40,758 nucleotides of DNA from UHGV virus genome UHGV-0121884. The stretch is one strand, 5' to 3'. Both the position numbers and the translations under genes were made by a program. Below are positions 1 to 7,807 of the stretch, one piece after another (position 1 is the first letter of the stretch; every line of letters starts with the position of its first letter). The notes under the pieces were generated by a model. It did not search any database and was not told the DNA's origin. It saw only the letters and a program-made list of their open reading frames with translations. Source of the DNA: a virus.

Positions 1-134
1 TCGTCGCGCCGTTTGGCGATATGACGGTGAAATGCCATCAGCATTATTACATCACTACATTACCGGGCAGGCAGTGGCCAAAAATTGAGGCATTTATTAC
101 TTGGTTAAGAGAACAGGTAAAAACCACTTCATAA
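1..134 (+). CDS. dsdC: 3' end of host LysR-type regulator gene (dsdC-like), partial at window edge
   Basis: Frame open from window edge (codon phase from nt 3) to TAA at 132-134; translation ...VAPFGDMTVKCHQHYYITTLPGRQWPKIEAFITWLREQVKTTS matches my recollection of the E. coli DsdC C-terminus; lies outside the att core at 234-248. Confidence 0.45.
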   Translation, partial: VAPFGDMTVKCHQHYYITTLPGRQWPKIEAFITWLREQVKTTS

Positions 135-233
135 TGAATAAGACCACGAGTTCCTGGTGTGCCTTATTCGGCATTGCTAGTGCGAATTTAATAATTTACG
201 GTTTTTACGTGGTTTTAGGGATAAACACAAGAA

Positions 234-248
234 TGGTGTCCCCTGCAG
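234..248 (-). other. attachment-site core: 15 nt identical to the 3' end of a tRNA (T-stem end + acceptor strand + discriminator + CCA), probably tRNA-Arg argW; left prophage boundary
   Basis: Minus strand reads CTGCAGGGGACACCA; no complete tRNA upstream of it, so this is the partial duplicate expected at the distal end of a tRNA-integrated prophage; flanked by imperfect inverted repeat CCCCTGCAG..CAGCAGGGG (240-270). Confidence 0.45.
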
Positions 249-321
249 ACATCTACTTGAAGCAGCAGGGGATTGATTGGAATGGTGTTTTTTAGATGTG
301 AGAAATATTTTACCCGCTATT

Positions 322-522
322 TTACCCATTGGCGCGGCTTAAGAGCTTATTTTTGAATTCACAATGGTCACGATATAACCATCTTGCTCGACCGTGGATA
401 ACTTTGGCTTTTGGCAGGTCGCCGGACTTAATCCGGTCGTAGATGAAGGTTTTACCAAAGCCAGTATCAGCCATGATGAATTTCAAATCAACCAGGGAAT
501 CAGGCTGTAGTTCGTGTTGCAT
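322..522 (-). CDS. AlpA-family HTH protein, putative excisionase (Xis)
   Basis: 66 aa; pattern LVDLKFIMADTGFGKTFIYDRIKSGDLPKAKVIHGRARWLY fits AlpA/Xis winged-HTH signature (TG..x..IY..IK.G.FP..K.G....W); GGAG 9 nt upstream of ATG; first gene inside the prophage end. Confidence 0.55.
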   Translation of the reverse strand: MQHELQPDSLVDLKFIMADTGFGKTFIYDRIKSGDLPKAKVIHGRARWLYRDHCEFKNKLLSRANG

Positions 523-582
523 GAGTGCTATCTCCGAATAGGGAATCGAACCTGCAAATCAGGTAATAAAAAACCGCCATCA

Positions 583-747
583 GGCGGATTGGTGTTCTTT
601 CAGTTCTTCAATTCGAATATTGGTTACGTCTGCATGCGCTATCTGCGCCCATATCATCCAGTGGTTATAGCAGTCGTTGATGTTCTCTGCTTCGATAACC
701 CTGTTGAATGGCTCTCCATTCCATTCACCTGTGACTTGGAAGTGCAT
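583..747 (-). CDS. small hypothetical protein (55 aa)
   Basis: ATG at 747 preceded by GGAG; followed by hairpin CCGCC-ATCAG-GGCGG plus T-run (rho-independent terminator, approx 575-600). Confidence 0.3.
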
Positions 748-804
748 TTATCATCTCCATAAAACAAAACTCGCCGTAGCGAGTTCAGATAAAAGAAATC
801 CGCA

Positions 805-1605
805 TTAAGCGGCGTCGGTGAATTCAAATAAAAAACCGGCTTGCGCCGGCTCTCTCATCTTTCTGTCTACCCATGCTGATATCGATGGCGGGTGCACCTT
901 TTCAATAGCAGCGCGAAGTACAGCTGTACGTGCCAGTTTGTCGGTAATCTCAGGAAATCGCTTCTCTGTCTTCGGTACGTTAACAGCAACATTAGTAGAA
1001 TCCGCACTGGCGAACGGATACATACCAAGAACTCTCACGTCGAGCATTCGAAGACCATGAATTTTCACTTTCAAATTACGATTGATATAAAGTTCAGTGA
1101 AAACTTCATCCATTCTCTGTTCCCACCATTTAGAGCGTATGTGCCTGTGTGGGCCGCAGCATCCAATCGCCACCCATTCAAATTTGCCAGAAAGGCGTAA
1201 AAGACGTTCAATTGATTCGTCGGTATGCCAGACAGGAACCGCTTTTGATTTTAGCCAATCAGGAACACACTCAATCTGCTCGTCGTTTTCTGCCTCTGTC
1301 CCTTCGATAACGTCAGGTATAAGAAACCATTCAATTCTGCTGAACCACTTCCCAACAAAGTCGTAGAATTTTGCTCGTCTCTTACTCCAGTCTACCGGAG
1401 TGCCTTTCTTTAATGCTTTCATCCAGTCGCTAAAAGCGCCGTTATCAAGGCGTATATCACAAGGGAACATGGCAATCTTTTTCATCTGCTCTGGTCTGGC
1501 AAATGAAACAAAAGCCCCACCATCACGGTAAAGGGCTTTAATCAGCATATCTGTAGGGGCATGCTCATCCCCCCATATTGGGCTGCCGTGAAAGTGGATG
1601 GTCAT
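805..1605 (-). CDS. hypothetical early-left accessory protein (266 aa); possible TGT/DpdA-like fold (speculative)
   Basis: Long ORF co-oriented with early-left operon; motif order LDNGAFS .. IPDVIEG .. VAIGCCG .. IHGLRMLD loosely resembles tRNA-guanine transglycosylase TDSGGFQ .. IIQG .. AVGGL .. MGVG; no zinc-site cysteines seen. Confidence 0.45.
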   Translation of the reverse strand: MTIHFHGSPIWGDEHAPTDMLIKALYRDGGAFVSFARPEQMKKIAMFPCDIRLDNGAFSDWMKALKKGTPVDWSKRRAKFYDFVGKWFSRIEWFLIPDVIEGTEAENDEQIECVPDWLKSKAVPVWHTDESIERLLRLSGKFEWVAIGCCGPHRHIRSKWWEQRMDEVFTELYINRNLKVKIHGLRMLDVRVLGMYPFASADSTNVAVNVPKTEKRFPEITDKLARTAVLRAAIEKVHPPSISAWVDRKMREPAQAGFLFEFTDAA

Positions 1606-1647
1606 ATTATCCCCATATAAAAGAAATCCCCGCGAGTGCGAGGATTG

Positions 1648-1932
1648 TTATTTATTGCCGATATTTACCTTTATCGCGTAAACCTTTACCGGTTTATCGC
1701 CGAAGTGCGGATGTGTGATTGTCTTGATTTCATACCCTTCATACGGGACGTCAATTCTGCGGCTGGAATCGTCGCGCTTCGGATATCCCTTTGTGATAAT
1801 CAGGCGGTCATACTCGCGGAACATAATTCGCTTATTCCAGTAGTCATTACACAGGCGATACTCTTCCGTTTTCTCTCCGCGAATCATGGCATCGAAGTAT
1901 TCACCTTTAACGGCAAGTTGCAGGTTAGCCAC
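1648..1932 (-). CDS. ASCH (PUA-like) domain protein
   Basis: 94 aa; N-terminal AVKGEYFDAMIRGEKTEEYR matches ASCH GxKxxExR signature; ends 43 nt upstream of the 805..1605 gene. Confidence 0.5.
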   Translation of the reverse strand: MANLQLAVKGEYFDAMIRGEKTEEYRLCNDYWNKRIMFREYDRLIITKGYPKRDDSSRRIDVPYEGYEIKTITHPHFGDKPVKVYAIKVNIGNK

Positions 1933-2212
1933 GACCTTCCTCCTTTGGCTTGTGAATTTGTATCGTCATGCCGCTTTGAGTGGTGACTACAACGACAGAA
2001 CCAGGCTGAAGACTGTTAAGATTGAATGCTTCGTAAAACGAAGCCAAGGCCAGCGCTTTTTTATTCTTTCGGTTCCACCAACGCCATCCATTGCTACAGG
2101 CTACACTGACAATCCACTGTCCACTCCTGTAAGCCATATAAAACCAGATGAGCAAAACCTGAATGAATGCTATCCAGTCAATAATCGTATATTTCGCGAA
2201 GGAGACCATCAA
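1925..2212 (-). CDS. hypothetical protein with hydrophobic N-terminal segment
   Basis: 95 aa ORF overlapping neighbours by a few nt (operon-like packing); IIDWIAFIQVLLIWFYMAY looks like a TM helix. Confidence 0.35.
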   Translation of the reverse strand: MMVSFAKYTIIDWIAFIQVLLIWFYMAYRSGQWIVSVACSNGWRWWNRKNKKALALASFYEAFNLNSLQPGSVVVVTTQSGMTIQIHKPKEEGRG

Positions 2213-2706
2213 TTAACCTCCTGCGGCGGTTCCGGTAGAGGCATCCAGTACAAGGCGTTCCCTAACCACGATAAAGTGCCGTCGCTCAACTCCACGTATT
2301 CCCCTTGTACCTGTCCTGCCATATACTCGCCGTGCTTTGAATAAATTAAAATCCAATCATCTTGAGCGGGCATTCGCTCACTACAGCTTATCCAACCATC
2401 CGGAGTTACCGGATAGTTGCCCGACAGCTCGTTCAACTTGTAAGTTTGGCTTACAGGTTCGGCTTCCAGTTCTGCTATGCGCTTTTTTGCTGCTTCCAGC
2501 TCAACACGCAGCCTCCCAACCGTTAGCGCAATATCCTCGTTCTCCTGGTCGCGGCGTTTTATGTATTGCTGGCTTTTATCCAGTTCATACAGCAACGTTT
2601 CTGCGTAAATATAAAGTTCCTGTTTTTCACGATCCGCAGGATCGCTGTAATGCTCCTGCATGTATTGAAATTCTTCACGCAGTGCCTGATAGTCAATCTT
2701 GCTCAC
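2209..2706 (-). CDS. DUF551 / Ea22-like protein
   Basis: C-terminal W...WMPLPEPP motif typical of DUF551; coiled-coil centre; start set at GTG 2706 (AGGAGG 6 nt upstream) rather than ORF-track GTG 2727. Confidence 0.5.
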   Translation of the reverse strand: MSKIDYQALREEFQYMQEHYSDPADREKQELYIYAETLLYELDKSQQYIKRRDQENEDIALTVGRLRVELEAAKKRIAELEAEPVSQTYKLNELSGNYPVTPDGWISCSERMPAQDDWILIYSKHGEYMAGQVQGEYVELSDGTLSWLGNALYWMPLPEPPQEVN

Positions 2707-2870
2707 TGGTCGCCTCCTTTGCGCCACATCGCATTCAGATGTTTGTTTTGATTCACTGATGGAAACGAGTTTCGCTTAAGTAATTCCTCTCTCGATGGCA
2801 TTGGCTTTACGCGTTGGCGAATAATCATTTCTGCTGGAAGAATGCCGGGATTGTATGCAAGTCCTCTCAT
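2703..2870 (-). CDS. small hypothetical protein (55 aa)
   Basis: ATG overlaps stop of upstream gene (ATGA); below ORF-track size cutoff; fills otherwise empty gap. Confidence 0.3.
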   Translation of the reverse strand: MRGLAYNPGILPAEMIIRQRVKPMPSREELLKRNSFPSVNQNKHLNAMWRKGGDQ

Positions 2871-3148
2871 GATTTACTCTCCACGAACTGGTCAATAGCC
2901 ATGCTAAGTGACATACCTAAAGTTTCGATATGCTGCTGAATATCCTGTAGCGTCTGCGCCTGAGATAACAGGATTTCACGGTTGCATAACTCTTTGACCA
3001 GATGCTCAAACTTGCTGTAATAACCGATACGGCTTAGTGTTTCTTTCCCTGCATTCTCACCTTCTTTGATAATTCCTCTTTCATTAAGAATCAGGTCGTG
3101 TTTTGTTCCAGTAATAACGTATTTACCGAGGTCGATGTTTAGCTTCAT
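2867..3148 (-). CDS. hypothetical protein (93 aa)
   Basis: ORF in early-left operon orientation, tightly packed with neighbours. Confidence 0.4.
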   Translation of the reverse strand: MKLNIDLGKYVITGTKHDLILNERGIIKEGENAGKETLSRIGYYSKFEHLVKELCNREILLSQAQTLQDIQQHIETLGMSLSMAIDQFVESKS

Positions 3149-3164
3149 TGTTAATTACTCCATG

Positions 3165-3479
3165 TTAATTTATTTGTATGCCTGCTCTTTTTTCATCGAG
3201 TTTTTTTAGCTTGTATCGCATAGCCCTTACCGAATAAATTGAGCGGCAGGTTGCAATTGCTATTTCTTCTGCGGAGAACTTACCGAAAAGTGATACTTCG
3301 GCTCTTGTCCATCGTCTTCCACGAAGTCGGCTAACAATGTCAGCGCCAATCCTTGTTGCTTTCGCCATTACTGCTTTTTCAGTCCTTTCCAGTTTTTCAG
3401 CGATAACTCCAACTGGCATTGTCGCCGCTACTTCGCGCAAGAAATCGACTTCCCATTTCTCCCATGGAGTCTTTTTCAT
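3165..3479 (-). CDS. hypothetical protein with two HTH-like repeats
   Basis: 104 aa; internal duplication W..E..FL..A...IAEKL / W..AEV.LFGKFSAEEIA. Confidence 0.4.
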   Translation of the reverse strand: MKKTPWEKWEVDFLREVAATMPVGVIAEKLERTEKAVMAKATRIGADIVSRLRGRRWTRAEVSLFGKFSAEEIAIATCRSIYSVRAMRYKLKKLDEKRAGIQIN

Positions 3480-3490
3480 AGGCGATACCG

Positions 3491-3973
3491 TTATTTGATA
3501 AGAAGTGAAGGTTTCCCAACTTTGAGTTGAGCGCCGGGGATATTTATTCCTGCTTTTAGTTGGTGTTTGATTGCCAGTTTGTCGGCTTTAATTGTCGTTT
3601 CAAACTCAACGTATTCAGGAGGAAGGGCGCTTGAGTCGATGATTTCTACAGTTTCTGACGGTTTGCGGATTGTTACCTGGTGAATACCTGCTCGAATCTT
3701 TTTCTTGCCAACCATTTCAAGCGATGACGCTATATACGCCATAATGCTGTCAATCTTATTTTGAATTACTGCGGCTCGCTCATTTAGTGACTGTGCCTCT
3801 TCCTTGAGGCGTTCAGCATAACCAGATTCATTTTTAATAATGGCAAGAAGTTGCTCTATTTTATCGGTAAATTCTCCTTCCATGCCTTCTATTGTGTCAG
3901 CAATCATCTCTGGCTCTAAATCTGAATCTATCAGCTTTGCGTATTCATTGGCAATTTCATACAGTTTGCTCAC
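3491..3973 (-). CDS. coiled-coil protein, Gp157-like, RecT-associated
   Basis: Immediately downstream of recT; start set at GTG 3973 with GGAGG 6 nt upstream (ORF track uses TTG 3979); family call is by resemblance only. Confidence 0.4.
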   Translation of the reverse strand: MSKLYEIANEYAKLIDSDLEPEMIADTIEGMEGEFTDKIEQLLAIIKNESGYAERLKEEAQSLNERAAVIQNKIDSIMAYIASSLEMVGKKKIRAGIHQVTIRKPSETVEIIDSSALPPEYVEFETTIKADKLAIKHQLKAGINIPGAQLKVGKPSLLIK

Positions 3974-4859
3974 TGGCAACCTCCAGTTTCGCTTTGCATT
4001 CTGCGTAAATGGCTTGTACGTTCTGCTGCAATTTCATTCCAGATGTCAGGCGATATGCTTCTGCAAAATATCTCTTCAAATCATCCATGTTTTCAGCCTG
4101 AGCCATTTCATCACAAAGAAGTTGTGCTTTTTCCATTATTTCCTGCTGGCGTTTCCGTTCATCTTCGCGGATATCTTCCTCTGATTTGTGCGGCATAACC
4201 GGTTCCTGATGCATACCCTCATCTTCGTTAAGCAGGTGAATGGCATTATCCAGTCGCTGGGCTTTAGGCCAGTATTTGCTGGCGCGTTTAACTATTGTTT
4301 TACGCGCCATCTCTTCCCAGAATGTCTTCCACGGTCCATTCTTTGCCTTGCTCGTTGCTTCCACAGCTTTAATTTCTGCCAGACTCATTTCTTCAGTCAG
4401 GTAGTCACCATCTGCTGTTTTAACCGTGCAATAACCACCAACAATAGAGCCTCGCTCACCAAATGCGTTGTATTTGTGGGTTGGCGCTGAATCAAGGCCG
4501 TTTGATTCATAGGTGTCGTTTGAGTACACCAGTTTACATTGCCCCCACTTAATTGATCCTGTCGACTGTGCAAGGTGAAGTAATCCCATATAGCTGATAT
4601 CAAGGCAAACCATGCCGTCGCGCGGAACTAGATAAGCAAGTTTGCTGGCCGGGTTTAATGTGATGCCGATCGCCGCAACATTGATGATGGCGTTCTGTGC
4701 GCTGGTTGGATTTGCCAGTGCCGTTTTAGCCAGGTAATCATTTTTCTGGAAATACTGAATTGCAAACTGGCTTTCCTTAGCCCATGTCACCGTCTGTTCA
4801 GTCAATGCTCCGCAGAATAACTGCTCCTGCTGTTTAACGAATTCAACGATATTGCTCAT
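3957..4859 (-). CDS. recT: RecT/Redbeta-family single-strand annealing recombinase
   Basis: 300 aa; conserved C-terminal block GYCTVKTADGDY..EMSLAEI......GPWKTFWEEMARKTIVKRASKYWP typical of RecT family. Confidence 0.75.
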   Translation of the reverse strand: MSNIVEFVKQQEQLFCGALTEQTVTWAKESQFAIQYFQKNDYLAKTALANPTSAQNAIINVAAIGITLNPASKLAYLVPRDGMVCLDISYMGLLHLAQSTGSIKWGQCKLVYSNDTYESNGLDSAPTHKYNAFGERGSIVGGYCTVKTADGDYLTEEMSLAEIKAVEATSKAKNGPWKTFWEEMARKTIVKRASKYWPKAQRLDNAIHLLNEDEGMHQEPVMPHKSEEDIREDERKRQQEIMEKAQLLCDEMAQAENMDDLKRYFAEAYRLTSGMKLQQNVQAIYAECKAKLEVASEQTV

Positions 4860-5167
4860 GCTGCTTCTCCATAAATGTGTCTGCGTTTGAATATTGCGAA
4901 GGCATATTCAGCCTTAACTCTTTCGGTTATTGCATCCCAGAACCATTCAGCGGCTTTTTCCTGATAGTCACAGTCATCATCTTCCAGCCAGTCGATAGCG
5001 TCCTTAGTGTGTTCATCTGGCTTATATGAGCGAAGCATTTCGCTTATTGGGTCGCAGCGTTTGCAGAGGCGATCAACTTCACTGTTGATTCGTTCGTAAT
5101 CTTCATCAGTAAAACTTGCGATGATTTGCGATATTTCACGCTTATCATTCAGAGTCAGAATCATCAT
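4856..5167 (-). CDS. hypothetical acidic protein (103 aa)
   Basis: ORF upstream of and overlapping recT start by 4 nt. Confidence 0.4.
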   Translation of the reverse strand: MMILTLNDKREISQIIASFTDEDYERINSEVDRLCKRCDPISEMLRSYKPDEHTKDAIDWLEDDDCDYQEKAAEWFWDAITERVKAEYAFAIFKRRHIYGEAA

Positions 5168-5248
5168 CTTTCTCCTGTTCTTTGTGCTGATTGAGCATTT
5201 TGTTCATCTGACGAATGAATTCTTCGTCTGACCAGTTATCTGTAAAAC

Positions 5249-5419
5249 TCATGGGCGGCCTTGTTGTTTCAAAATATCCCAAAGCTTTTCGAGCAAACTT
5301 TTCATTCTTGGTTGTTTAAAGTCTGCTCCGGTTAGAATGTTTTTTCGTGAATGCTGTACCGATAAAATCGGGTTGAAAGGGCGAACCGATGCCGCCCCTG
5401 CAATAGCGAACTGTTGCAT
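5249..5419 (-). CDS. CIII-like small protein (56 aa)
   Basis: ATG 5419 with AGGAG 6 nt upstream; N-terminus MQQFAIAG resembles lambda CIII MQYAIAG as I recall it; position between kil-like ORF and ea10-like gene as in lambda. Confidence 0.35.
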   Translation of the reverse strand: MQQFAIAGAASVRPFNPILSVQHSRKNILTGADFKQPRMKSLLEKLWDILKQQGRP

Positions 5420-5494
5420 AGGATGCTCCTTCTGTTTGATTGCATAACGAAAACGCCTCGAGTGAAGCGTTATTGGTATGCGGTAAAGCCGCGC

Positions 5495-5863
5495 TCAGGC
5501 GGCTTTGATAGTCATATCATCTGAATCAAATATTCCAGATGTGTCGATATCGGTAATTCTTATTCCTTCGCTACCATCCATTGGAGGCCATCCTTCCTGA
5601 CCATTTCCATCATTCCAGTCGAACTCACACACAACACCATATGCATTTAAGTCGCTTGAAATTGCTATAAGCAGAGCATGTTGCGCTAGCATGATTAATA
5701 CAGCATTTAATACAGAGCCGTGTTTTTTGAGTCTGTATTCAGAGTCTGACCAGAAATTATTAATCTGGTGAAGTTTTTCCTCTGTCATTACGTCATGGTC
5801 GATTTCAATTTCTATTGATGCTTTCCAGTCGTAATCAATGATGTATTTTTTGATGTTTGACAT
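5495..5863 (-). CDS. Ea10-like protein (122 aa)
   Basis: Same length (369 nt) and same 182-nt spacing to ral as lambda ea10. Confidence 0.45.
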   Translation of the reverse strand: MSNIKKYIIDYDWKASIEIEIDHDVMTEEKLHQINNFWSDSEYRLKKHGSVLNAVLIMLAQHALLIAISSDLNAYGVVCEFDWNDGNGQEGWPPMDGSEGIRITDIDTSGIFDSDDMTIKAA

Positions 5864-6045
5864 CTGTTCATATCCTCATAGATAAAAAATTGCCCTCACA
5901 TTGGAGGGCAAAGAAGATTTCCAATAATCAGAACAAGTCGGCTCCTGTTTAGTTACGAGCGACATTGCTCCGTGTATTCACTCGTTGGAATGAATACACA
6001 GTGCAGTATTTATTCTGTTGTTTATGCCAAAAATGAAGGCCACCA

Positions 6046-6246
6046 TCAGGCAGCCTTGTTGTTCTGTTTACCAAGTTCTCTGGCAATCATTGCCGTCGTT
6101 CGTATTGCCCATTTATCGACATATTTCCCATCTTCCATTACAGGAAACATTTCTTCAGGCTTAACCATGCATTCCGATTGCAGCTTGCATCCATTGCATC
6201 GTTTGAATTGTCCACACCATTGATTTTTATCAATAGTCGTAGTCAT
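6046..6246 (-). CDS. ral: Ral restriction-alleviation protein
   Basis: 66 aa, same length as lambda ral; overlapped by a 28-codon ORF by 17 nt exactly as lambda ral/orf28; sequence MTTTIDKNQWCGQFKRCNGC... matches my recollection of Ral. Confidence 0.55.
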   Translation of the reverse strand: MTTTIDKNQWCGQFKRCNGCKLQSECMVKPEEMFPVMEDGKYVDKWAIRTTAMIARELGKQNNKAA

Positions 6247-6316
6247 ACGGATAGTCCTGGTATTGTTCCATCACATCCTGCGGATGCTCTTCGAACTCTT
6301 CAAATTCTTCTTCCAT
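6230..6316 (-). CDS. orf28-like small acidic ORF (28 aa)
   Basis: MEEEFEEFEEHPQDVMEQYQDYPYDYDY; overlaps ral start by 17 nt like lambda orf28. Confidence 0.3.
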   Translation of the reverse strand: MEEEFEEFEEHPQDVMEQYQDYPYDYDY

Positions 6317-6524
6317 ATCTCACCTCAAATAAGTGGTTTGCTGCCTAATTTCATTTTCTGGCGACCAACACAAGTCACACCCATTTCACTGCGTGGCTTG
6401 CTGTAGTAAAGATTGTGCCTGTCTTTTAACCACATCAGGCTCGGTGGTTCTCGTGTACCCCTACAGCGAGAAATCGGATAAACTCTATTCACCCCCCTAC
6501 AGAGAGAATGATGGAGATTCACCG

Positions 6525-7064
6525 ATGAGTAACTGGTGGCAGGAACTGTTACGTTTCTTCCTGCGTGGTCTTACGCTACAACAGTTAATTCATATGCTTA
6601 TTATTTTAATTGCCTTGATAATAATCACCCCAGCATCAATTAAAGAGTGGGTAGATATAAGGAACCCCGAAATACTTCCAGATCACTGGATGTATTACGC
6701 AATGCTTTTGTGTATCAGTTATGTTCTGAACAGGGTGATGGAGTTTATATTTCTGGCATCTTCAGACAGATATAAAAAATATCTCAGTAAGAGAGATGAG
6801 GCCAAAGTAATTGTGGAGACTGAGCGCCTGTTCAATTCTCTGGGTATTCAGGAAAAAGAGGTTTTAGCATTTGCTGTTATGGCAAATAACAAAATCGTAC
6901 TTAAGCACGGCGATCCGGTCGCTTTATCTCTTATGAGAAAAGGCCTTCTCCATCGCTCAGGTGTGACTTACAGCGCGTCAGGTAAAGAGAAATTTGTTAT
7001 ACCTGACGTCTGGTTCCATGAGTGTTATATGCGCTTTGCTGGTAAAGCTGATGAGCTAATTTAG
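6525..7064 (+). CDS. sieB: SieB-like superinfection exclusion / abortive infection membrane protein
   Basis: 180 aa from ATG 6525 (GGAGAT 8 nt upstream); N-terminal TM helix LIHMLIILIALIIITPA; opposite strand to the early-left operon between ral and N, as sieB in lambda/P22; upstream ORF-track extension judged non-coding. Confidence 0.5.
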   Translation: MSNWWQELLRFFLRGLTLQQLIHMLIILIALIIITPASIKEWVDIRNPEILPDHWMYYAMLLCISYVLNRVMEFIFLASSDRYKKYLSKRDEAKVIVETERLFNSLGIQEKEVLAFAVMANNKIVLKHGDPVALSLMRKGLLHRSGVTYSASGKEKFVIPDVWFHECYMRFAGKADELI

Positions 7065-7085
7065 TTCCTCGACGGCGGGGGATCG

Positions 7086-7394
7086 TCACCTCGCTGTCAG
7101 TTGTTTTGATTTCCGGTAGCCTGCTGCGTAAAGAGCTACGTTTGGCAGGCAAATACTTCCACTGCATTCGTCGGTATTTTGGTTACGAATGTTGCCGAGT
7201 GATATTGCTTTTTCAGAAAGGCTTAAACGCTTTCTCGTGCCTTTCTGAACAGGTTCCTCACTGTCTGTGCCGAAGATAGAATCAATGATGTTACAGATAG
7301 CATCACGCTCAATAGCCAGCTTTCTGCGCCGCTCATGACGGCGAGTTTTGGCATTTCCTGCAAATGTTGATTTCCCGCATACGATTACCGTCAT
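7086..7394 (-). CDS. N: antitermination protein N (P22 gene 24 type)
   Basis: 102 aa; N-terminal arginine-rich motif GNAKTRRHERRRKLAIERD is the P22 N boxB-binding peptide; cognate boxB found upstream at 7574-7588. Confidence 0.8.
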   Translation of the reverse strand: MTVIVCGKSTFAGNAKTRRHERRRKLAIERDAICNIIDSIFGTDSEEPVQKGTRKRLSLSEKAISLGNIRNQNTDECSGSICLPNVALYAAGYRKSKQLTAR

Positions 7395-7573
7395 GATGTT
7401 TTCCTCATGTGAAATGGCTTTGGTGGTGTGGTAGGTGGGAGACCCATTTCGACCTGTTTCGGCCTACTTCAATTCGGCAATAGTCCCGCAGGCCTCGCCG
7501 CTTTACGTGCGACATATTCCCGTCCATGAACCCTTCACCACACCGCCAAACCCATCTCGTTTGGTATCTGTTT

Positions 7574-7588
7574 GCGCTTTGTCAGCGC
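7574..7588 (-). promoter_or_regulatory. nutL boxB RNA hairpin (P22 type)
   Basis: Minus strand reads GCGCTGACAAAGCGC (5-bp stem, 5-nt loop), the P22 boxB sequence; boxA-like GGCTCTTTA lies just upstream in the transcript at 7597-7605. Confidence 0.6.
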
Positions 7589-7653
7589 CCCATCGAAGTT
7601 AAAGAGCCTGCCAATCTGTTCCGTTTGGCTTCCAGCTTCCTGCTGATGGCTAA

Positions 7654-7682
7654 ATAGTACGATGTGTACTTTATTGAGTCAA
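7654..7682 (-). promoter_or_regulatory. PL early-left promoter with overlapping operator
   Basis: Minus strand TTGACT - 17 bp - TACTAT; palindrome AGTACgatgtGTACT (7656-7670) overlaps the -10/spacer; similar AGTAC half-sites recur in the c2-cro intergenic region. Confidence 0.45.
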
Positions 7683-7740
7683 TACAAAATGTTCTAAATG
7701 CGGTTAGTTTTTTATAACACTTTGTATTTTATTGATTTAT

Positions 7741-7777
7741 ATTTTGGAAAAAGAAAACCCGACGCTAAGGTCGGGTT
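7741..7777 (-). terminator. rho-independent terminator downstream of c2
   Basis: Stem AACCCGAC / GTCGGGTT with 6-nt loop, followed on the minus strand by a T-rich run. Confidence 0.45.
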
Positions 7778-7807
7778 ATTGTTGTGTGTTTTAGAGTGGT
7801 GAGGCTG

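Noticed and set aside
1-38. Possible integrase N-terminus on the minus strand (ATG at 38 reading out of the window)
   Set aside because: The same interval is better explained as the plus-strand 3' end of a dsdC-like host gene, and no integrase-like residues can be judged from 12 codons.
101-295. 64-aa plus-strand ORF at the left edge
   Set aside because: It starts inside the terminal codons of the host dsdC-like gene and runs across the att core; no RBS and no family resemblance, so it is most likely non-coding junction sequence.
542-557. Possible complete tRNA gene between xis and the 55-aa ORF
   Set aside because: Only the T-arm half (TTGCAGGTTCGATTCC) is present; no D-arm, anticodon arm or acceptor pairing could be built from flanking sequence, so it is a tRNA-derived fragment.
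6333-6524. N-terminal extension of the SieB ORF (ORF track start 6333)
   Set aside because: The extension is Cys-rich and overlaps the divergent ral/orf28 region; a good RBS precedes the internal ATG at 6525, which also begins the hydrophobic SieB-like sequence.
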